Assembly: GCA_002409145.1 (NCBI GenBank)
Contig: DHUL01000036.1
Span: 14,671 to 77,689 of the forward strand
DNA from: Bacteroidales bacterium UBA5235
Lineage (GTDB): Bacteria > Bacteroidota > Bacteroidia > Bacteroidales > VadinHA17
Length of the DNA stretch: 63,019 bases
Direction: 5' to 3'
Both the position numbers and the translations under genes were made by a program. Below are positions 56,687 to 63,019 of this stretch, piece by piece (the stretch's first letter is position 1; each line of letters starts with the position of its first letter). The notes under the pieces were generated by a model. It ran no database searches and was not told the origin of the DNA. It saw only the letters and a program-made list of their open reading frames with translations.

Positions 56687-57856
56687 TTATTCTGTGATAT
56701 TTACTCTTACGGCCATGTCAGGCCTGAGCTGCATCAGGCCTGTTGTAAGTACCGTATCACCTGCAGAGAGTCCGGAAAGAACCTCAATCATAGAAGCGGT
56801 TCTAGCCCCGGTAACCACCGGGATCAGGTCAGCCCTGCCGTTGCGCACCACCCAGAGCTTCTTTTCATTCATTTCGGGAACTATTGATTCAGTAGGCACC
56901 TGGAGGGCGTTTGTCTTCTCGTCGGTTATCAGGGTAAGAGAAGCAAACATCCCGGGTACAAGTTTTCCGGCCCGGTTGTCAAAACGCGCCCTCAGACCAA
57001 TGGTACGGGTTGTCTCATCAATGCGGTAGTCAACGGCATAAACATCTGCAAAAAATTCATCAGGATACCCGTAGGTTGTAAATGAAATACGTTTTCCCAT
57101 CAGATCTTCCGAGACATATTTCTCCGAGATGGCAAATTCAAGCTTGAGGAAGGACTGGTCAACCAGGTGGGCTATCTTAACCTGCGGCGTAACATAAGTT
57201 CCATCACTGACATACCGGAATCCAATCACCCCATCAAATGGTGCGCGAACTTCGGTCTCGGCTATCCTTACCTTCAGCAGGTTGATGTCTGCAAGTATCA
57301 CGTTGTAATCTGTCTGAAGCTGGTCAAATGCTTCGCGGCTTACCGCGTCCTTGGAAAGAAGCACCCTCTGGCGCTCCAGCTTTTCCGAGAGCATCTTTTC
57401 CTGTATCTCAGAACGGCGCAGTTGTGCCTGCAGGTCTTCATCATAGATTTTCACAAGGAGGTCTCCCTTCCGTACCTTGCTTCCTTCCCGGAAATACACA
57501 GCAGTCACTTTACCTGACACCTTACTTACTATGTCCACCTCCTCATTAGCCAGAAGTGATCCGGCTGACCTGATCCCGTTGGTAAGATATGAGGGCCTGG
57601 CTATTGTGCCTGTGACGGGAAGTTGTCCCTGGCCACCGGGACGCTGGCCTTGCTGTCCGCCCTGTCCCTGTTGTCCACCCGGGCGCTGTCCCTGCTGATT
57701 GCCGGCACCCTGCCCCTGGGTCTGCGCCTGCACAACTGCAACACCATCGTTCTTTTTCAGATCGTTACCCCACAGACCAAGCCGAGGGCCAGCAAACCAT
57801 ATCAACAGTACCAGTGGTATGCCGGTCCACAGAACTATTTTAGTCCCTTTTTTCAT
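56687..57856 (-). CDS. RND efflux periplasmic adaptor (membrane fusion protein) with an N-proximal Gln/Gly-rich insert
   Basis: Membrane anchor, then QAQTQGQGAGNQQGQRPGGQQGQGGQQGQRPGGQGQL, then canonical lipoyl/coiled-coil/beta-barrel regions (GKVTAVYFREGSKVRKGDLLVKI). Confidence 0.9.
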   Translation of the reverse strand: MKKGTKIVLWTGIPLVLLIWFAGPRLGLWGNDLKKNDGVAVVQAQTQGQGAGNQQGQRPGGQQGQGGQQGQRPGGQGQLPVTGTIARPSYLTNGIRSAGSLLANEEVDIVSKVSGKVTAVYFREGSKVRKGDLLVKIYDEDLQAQLRRSEIQEKMLSEKLERQRVLLSKDAVSREAFDQLQTDYNVILADINLLKVRIAETEVRAPFDGVIGFRYVSDGTYVTPQVKIAHLVDQSFLKLEFAISEKYVSEDLMGKRISFTTYGYPDEFFADVYAVDYRIDETTRTIGLRARFDNRAGKLVPGMFASLTLITDEKTNALQVPTESIVPEMNEKKLWVVRNGRADLIPVVTGARTASMIEVLSGLSAGDTVLTTGLMQLRPDMAVRVNITE

Positions 57857-57983
57857 CTATATAATTGTCTATTCAATTTCCTGACCCGCAAAATAAGGCG
57901 GATTATTTAAACCATTATGTTAAAGTATATTAAAACAGACAGCGTATGATAAAATCAGGATGCTTTTTCCTGAAGGACACATC

Positions 57984-59417
57984 TCAGTATTTAATCATTA
58001 TCTCCCTGACCACCCTCTCCATGTTGTCAGTTATCTTCCTTGATGGAACTGTAAACCCGTTGGCAAAGGTGGTAAAGGCGATCTTTCTTCCGCTGTTGGT
58101 TGTGAAGTAACCGGCAAACGACTTTGCACTTGTGATTGTGCCGGTTTTAGCCACAACTCTTCCTTTAAACATCTCATCACGGAAATAGTTTTTCATAGTG
58201 CCTGAGACTGCACCCATGGGCAGGGATGATACAAAGGCATCCGAAACGGCGCTGTTGTTCATGTGGACAAGCAGCCTGACCGTCATCAGTGCACTTATGT
58301 TATTATTGGATGATAGGCCTGAGCCGTCGAGGATCACCGCTTCATATGGTTCACATCCTATTGAATCGAGGAATTGCCTGATGACCAATGATCCGGCGCT
58401 GTAAGTGCCTTCGCCGAGTATTTCATGACCCAGATGCTTACGGAGGGCTTCTGCGTACATGTTGACACTCTCATGGTTGGTGACCTTTACTATCTCGGCG
58501 AGGGTGGGTGAAAATGTCACTGCTACATTGATGCATTTTTGGCCTTCAACAGAGACACGTTCTGTCCCTGGTTCGTAATCCACTTCTATCCCGGCTTCCC
58601 GCATCGCTGCATCAAGTTTTCTGAGGAGGGCGAAAGGCGGATCAGGGATTGAAGCCCTGAGTATAAAACTACTGTCAGCGGGTACACTTCCTGTTACCCA
58701 GGCCAGGGAGGAGTAGGGGGCGTTGTATACATAGCCCCTGTCAGTGCGGCCTGAGGAGAGAAGGTAGTTTGTGAGGCTTACATCCTTCCCGTAATCCTGC
58801 ACTGAATCAATGAGAGCCGGCTCGCCCTCAGCCCTGCCCGTTATGTATATATTGTACTCGTTGTTATTTATGTTGATATCATAGACCCCGGCGCCATAAT
58901 ACTGCCCCAGGTCGCCCCACGCCCATCCTGATGGTACCGGATTGAAGTCATAAATGGATTCTGCAGCTGCCACACTGCCCCTGACCCTTTTCACTCCGGC
59001 ATCCTTCAGTGCACTGACCCACACGGCAGTGAGATTGCCATAATGTTCTGCAAAATACTCTGATCCGAGAGCAGGATCACCTCCTCCGATGATCACTACA
59101 TCACCTTCGAGGACCCCTTTTTTGGTGTTCAGGTCCCCGATAAGACACAGGGTTGTTGAATAACGGTAGCATGGTCCGAGAAGAGAGAGTGCCACTGAGG
59201 TGGGGTAGAGCTTCATGACTGAGGCGGAAGCAAGATTGCGGTCAGCGTCATAGCTGTATATTATCTCACCTGTTATGGCATCGGCGAAGCAGAAAGACCA
59301 GGAGGTCCCCGTCAGGGTTGTGTCAGCAATGACAGAGTCCATTACCTGTTCCTGTGCACTGAGGTCCGCTGCTGCTGTCAGAGTAAGGATGAGGAGGGTC
59401 AATAATCCGGTTCTCAT
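57984..59417 (-). CDS. dacB: D-alanyl-D-alanine carboxypeptidase/endopeptidase (PBP4, S13 family)
   Basis: 477 aa with a signal peptide, SASVMKL (SxxK), SGLS(S)NN (SxN) and KTGT motifs. Confidence 0.85.
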   Translation of the reverse strand: MRTGLLTLLILTLTAAADLSAQEQVMDSVIADTTLTGTSWSFCFADAITGEIIYSYDADRNLASASVMKLYPTSVALSLLGPCYRYSTTLCLIGDLNTKKGVLEGDVVIIGGGDPALGSEYFAEHYGNLTAVWVSALKDAGVKRVRGSVAAAESIYDFNPVPSGWAWGDLGQYYGAGVYDININNNEYNIYITGRAEGEPALIDSVQDYGKDVSLTNYLLSSGRTDRGYVYNAPYSSLAWVTGSVPADSSFILRASIPDPPFALLRKLDAAMREAGIEVDYEPGTERVSVEGQKCINVAVTFSPTLAEIVKVTNHESVNMYAEALRKHLGHEILGEGTYSAGSLVIRQFLDSIGCEPYEAVILDGSGLSSNNNISALMTVRLLVHMNNSAVSDAFVSSLPMGAVSGTMKNYFRDEMFKGRVVAKTGTITSAKSFAGYFTTNSGRKIAFTTFANGFTVPSRKITDNMERVVREIMIKY

Positions 59418-60442
59418 TTCGGTTTGTTTTGTTCAAGAGTTGAAAGCAGGCCGCAGGCTGCATTGATGTCCTGACCGCGGCTTGCACGAATGGTAGTAAT
59501 GATGCCCTTTGCATTAAGGCTGTCACGAAAGGCTTCCATCTCGCGTTGGTCAGGGCTGCTGAATTCCGAGCCGGGAATGGAATGGAAGCGAATCAGGTTA
59601 ATCCGGCAGCGAATCCCGTTGAGTATCCTGGCCAGCTCCTTTACATGTGCCGGAGTGTCATTCAATCCCTTGAAGACAATGTATTCAAACGAGACTCTTC
59701 TCTGTCTTCCGAAGTCGAAACCCCTTATTGTGTCAAGAACCTCCTTTACCGGGTGGGCCTTCTGGGCCGGCATCAATGACTGCCGCTCACTGTCAAAGGG
59801 TGAGTGGAGGCTGACAGCCAGGTGGCATCTGCTCTTACTGAGGAACTCTTCTATCTTTCCAGTGATCCCTACTGTGCTGACTGTGATCCTTGTCGGGCTC
59901 CAACCGTAACCCCAGTCGGAGGTCAGTATCTCAAGGCTCCGGAGCACTTCCTCCAGGTTGTCAAGAGGTTCTCCCATGCCCATGAATACAATATTGGTAA
60001 GTGAGTCATGTTCAGGCAAACTCCGGAACTGGTTAAGTATCTCGTTTGCTGTCAGGTTGCCCTGGAACCCCTGCCGTGCCGTCATGCAGAAACGACATCC
60101 CATACGGCAGCCCGATTGCACAGAGAGGCAGATGGTTGCCCGGTCGCGGTCAGGGATATAGGCCGTTTCGATGAACCGGCTTTCGCTTACACGGAAGAGA
60201 TATTTCTTTGTACCGTCACCGGCAGCGGACTCTGCTACCGGTGGATTAAGACCAGTTTCGTAATCTTTGTCAAGGTTACTGCGTGCTGCCAGGGAGAGGT
60301 CAGTCATCCCGCTGATAGCAGGCGCTCCCCTGCGATAGAGCCATCCCGCTATCTGCTTCGCCGCATACGGCGGCAGTGATGCGTCTCTGGCAACCCCGGA
60401 CAACTCAATGAGGGTCAGGCCGAAAAGCTTCTTTTTTTCCAT
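59414..60442 (-). CDS. rlmN: 23S rRNA/tRNA (adenine-C2)-methyltransferase RlmN (radical SAM)
   Basis: CLSVQSGCRMGCRFCMT radical-SAM cluster motif, GMGEPL, and C-terminal ACGLL (conserved Cys). Confidence 0.93.
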   Translation of the reverse strand: MEKKKLFGLTLIELSGVARDASLPPYAAKQIAGWLYRRGAPAISGMTDLSLAARSNLDKDYETGLNPPVAESAAGDGTKKYLFRVSESRFIETAYIPDRDRATICLSVQSGCRMGCRFCMTARQGFQGNLTANEILNQFRSLPEHDSLTNIVFMGMGEPLDNLEEVLRSLEILTSDWGYGWSPTRITVSTVGITGKIEEFLSKSRCHLAVSLHSPFDSERQSLMPAQKAHPVKEVLDTIRGFDFGRQRRVSFEYIVFKGLNDTPAHVKELARILNGIRCRINLIRFHSIPGSEFSSPDQREMEAFRDSLNAKGIITTIRASRGQDINAACGLLSTLEQNKPK

Positions 60443-61539
60443 CAGAAACGGTAACCTGCACGGTCAAGGTCATGGATGCTCCTGAAAGGTTTCGGAGGTT
60501 TCAGCTCAGCGTTCAGGAAGTTATATATGTCAAGCCTGATTTTCCTCGCCTCACGGTAGTCCATCCTGTCAAATGAGTGCCCCCCGGGCATGTTTTCAAA
60601 TATCCTGTAACTGAAGTTCTGCTTACCTGCAGCCTTGAGTGATTTTATCAGGTGTTCCACTTCAAGTACGTTTACATCCTCATCGTTTGTGTTTGTGTGG
60701 ATAAGAAGCGGGGTATTGCGGTAACGATCCACCTGCCAGGCAGGGGAACGCTTGCGGTATTCTGCCACATTCTCATCGGCTGTCTTGCCTATGTGGTAAG
60801 ACGCGGAGTAGAGGTCGCGATAACTGTCATCCTTGTACCCCATCCGGGCAACGACGTCACTGACAGGCACCCCGGCGAAGCAGGCCTTGTATGCCTCCGG
60901 GTGGTCAAAGATACAGAAGAGCCCTATCAGGCCACCGTGGCTCCAACCAATTATCCCTACTCTGTCGCTGTCAATAAATTCATAATTCTCGATCATATAC
61001 CTGCGGCTGGCATCAACATCCTCCACCTCCAGGCCGCCATAATCTATCCTGCGATACATCCCGGCGCCGTAACCTGTGGAGCCCCGGTATTCTGCAGCGA
61101 CAACAATATACCCCTGCGTCACCATCTCGCGGATCATATGTGTATGATAGGTGGTGAAGTTCGCGTGCACTCCCCCGTGTGGAAGGACGAGAAGTGGGTA
61201 TTTGGAGGAGGGATTCACGTCTCGCGGGATGAAGACATAGCTCCAGAACTTGAGCGGATTGCCTGCTCCCTGTCCGGTCGGGTTGCTTTCCTTTGCCGGT
61301 GGCGGTCCGGTGATATATATCTTGTCAATGAATGCGACGTCACCCACACGGTCGAACCATAACAAGTCGTCGATATTCTTTTCAATAACATCAAGCCGGT
61401 GATCCAATGCATCAAAATTGCTGTTCACCTCATTGATGGCATTTAACAGTTCGGTGTTTCCCGGTTGCGCCCGGAGGCTGCCATTCAGGCAAATAAGCGC
61501 AACGGGAAGAAGGATGGTTTTCATCATAAGCCTTCTCAT
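60442..61539 (-). CDS. S9-family (prolyl-oligopeptidase-type) alpha/beta hydrolase, secreted
   Basis: Signal peptide MRRLMMKTILLPVALICLNGSLRAQ and nucleophile elbow GWSHGG. The ATG at 61539 is preferred over the GTG at 61572. Confidence 0.8.
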   Translation of the reverse strand: MRRLMMKTILLPVALICLNGSLRAQPGNTELLNAINEVNSNFDALDHRLDVIEKNIDDLLWFDRVGDVAFIDKIYITGPPPAKESNPTGQGAGNPLKFWSYVFIPRDVNPSSKYPLLVLPHGGVHANFTTYHTHMIREMVTQGYIVVAAEYRGSTGYGAGMYRRIDYGGLEVEDVDASRRYMIENYEFIDSDRVGIIGWSHGGLIGLFCIFDHPEAYKACFAGVPVSDVVARMGYKDDSYRDLYSASYHIGKTADENVAEYRKRSPAWQVDRYRNTPLLIHTNTNDEDVNVLEVEHLIKSLKAAGKQNFSYRIFENMPGGHSFDRMDYREARKIRLDIYNFLNAELKPPKPFRSIHDLDRAGYRF

Positions 61540-61549
61540 ATCATCTGGT

Positions 61550-62332
61550 TTATTGGATTTCCTTTTCTCCACTGAAGACGAAGGTTGCAGGACCGGTCAG
61601 GAAAATGTCGGTGGCCCTTTCTCCGTTCAGGTTGAATCTTACTGACAGTATTCCGCCCCTGGCCTGTACCTCTGTCGCTGGAGTGACAATTTTTCCGGTG
61701 TAAACTGCCGCAATGGCAGATGCTGTTATCCCTGTTCCACAGGCCAGCGTCTCTTCTTCCACTCCCCGTTCATAGGTGCGGACACGAAGCCTTCCGTCCC
61801 TGACGCATACGAGGTTGACATTCACCCCTTCAGGGGCATAGGCAGGAGACCTGCGGAGGGCTCTGCCGAAGGAGACCATGTCAGTTGCGGAGTTATCATC
61901 GGTGAATACCACCAGGTGTGGTACTCCGGTGTTTACCAAAATTCCGTCGGGAGTTTGCCTGATTCCTATGACGTCACGGATGGAGATCTCTATCAATCCG
62001 TCGCCTGCAGGCCTTGCTGTATGGGGTCCGTCACCTGCCATGAAAGTGATGTTCCTGAAGCCTGTGATATGCCTCATAGCATAGTGAGAGGAGCACCTGG
62101 CACCGTTTCCGCACATTGCTCCGGGTGAGCCGTCAGAGTTAAAATAGAACATCCTGAAATCATACCCCTCGTATTCTTCTATCAGCATCAGGCCGTCTCC
62201 CCCGATTCCAAAATGCCGGTCGCATAACTTCCTGATAAGCAATTCGTCATGATGAGCAATAATGGAAGGACTGTTTTTTAAAATTATGAAGTCATTGCCT
62301 GCTCCCTCATATTTGTTAAAGACTATTTTCAT
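61550..62332 (-). CDS. dapF: Diaminopimelate epimerase
   Basis: 260 aa: FNKYEGAGNDFI, the two catalytic Cys contexts (MCGNGARC and LACGTG), ERGVEEETLACGTG. Confidence 0.92.
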   Translation of the reverse strand: MKIVFNKYEGAGNDFIILKNSPSIIAHHDELLIRKLCDRHFGIGGDGLMLIEEYEGYDFRMFYFNSDGSPGAMCGNGARCSSHYAMRHITGFRNITFMAGDGPHTARPAGDGLIEISIRDVIGIRQTPDGILVNTGVPHLVVFTDDNSATDMVSFGRALRRSPAYAPEGVNVNLVCVRDGRLRVRTYERGVEEETLACGTGITASAIAAVYTGKIVTPATEVQARGGILSVRFNLNGERATDIFLTGPATFVFSGEKEIQ

Positions 62333-62492
62333 ACCGTTAAATTGAAGTTAATTATCTTAAACAGAACCCGTCAGTCCGTTAAAAAAACGAAAATTTGTAA
62401 AACAATTTGTGCATGTCAGGGTTGTAAAGATATTAATCTTTTGGGCAGGCACACTATTTGATTAAATGAGTCAGGATCAAAGTAAGGTATAA

Positions 62493-63019
<527 letters not shown>

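Noticed and set aside
60652-61362. 236-aa ORF antisense to the S9 alpha/beta hydrolase
   Set aside because: It is a shadow ORF. The sense-strand protein has a clear signal peptide and a GWSHGG nucleophile elbow.

Overview
This is a 63-kb chromosomal segment, apparently from a Bacteroidota bacterium. Supporting signs are a T9SS-type C-terminal sorting domain on a subtilase, several TAnnTTTG -7 boxes, a ribosomal protein Thx gene, and general gene content. GC is roughly 50% by eye.

The window is gene-dense. I call about 50 protein genes and one tRNA-Met(CAU), and most are core housekeeping:
- Replication, repair and translation: xseA (partial), dnaK, fmt, gyrB, rlmN, ftsE.
- Cofactor and nucleotide metabolism: panB, cdd, ribBA.
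- Lysine synthesis: an operon of M20(dapE-like)-lysC-dapB-dapA-dapD, plus a distant dapF.
- Envelope and transport: an LptF/G-family permease, two glycosyltransferases, a MFP-RND-TolC efflux operon, a P-type Ca-ATPase, several transporters and S8/S9 peptidases, and htrA (partial).

I found no CRISPR array, transposase, integrase, prophage or recognisable defence system, and I cannot honestly nominate a clear novel multi-gene system. The most unusual observations are:
1. A dispersed family of 7-8-nt tandem arrays that fill the space right after stop codons at four loci. They are based on CGATTTG and its complement, GTCTTGCG and GGCAGTA. Two of the loci share an 18-nt string.
2. A promoter-to-terminator leader of about 140 nt immediately upstream of the lysine operon. 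It is not an L-box.
3. A compact operon of a FucI/AraA-like protein, an LsrG-like protein and an Fe-alcohol dehydrogenase, with no kinase, aldolase or transporter.
4. A Thx ribosomal protein with an 80-aa basic tail, and a membrane-fusion protein with a Gln/Gly-rich insert.
5. Two poorly characterised, translationally coupled gene pairs: deacetylase-like with FemAB/GNAT-like, and a 1015-aa TPR protein with a predicted beta-barrel.

All homology calls come from reading the translations. No database search was run.
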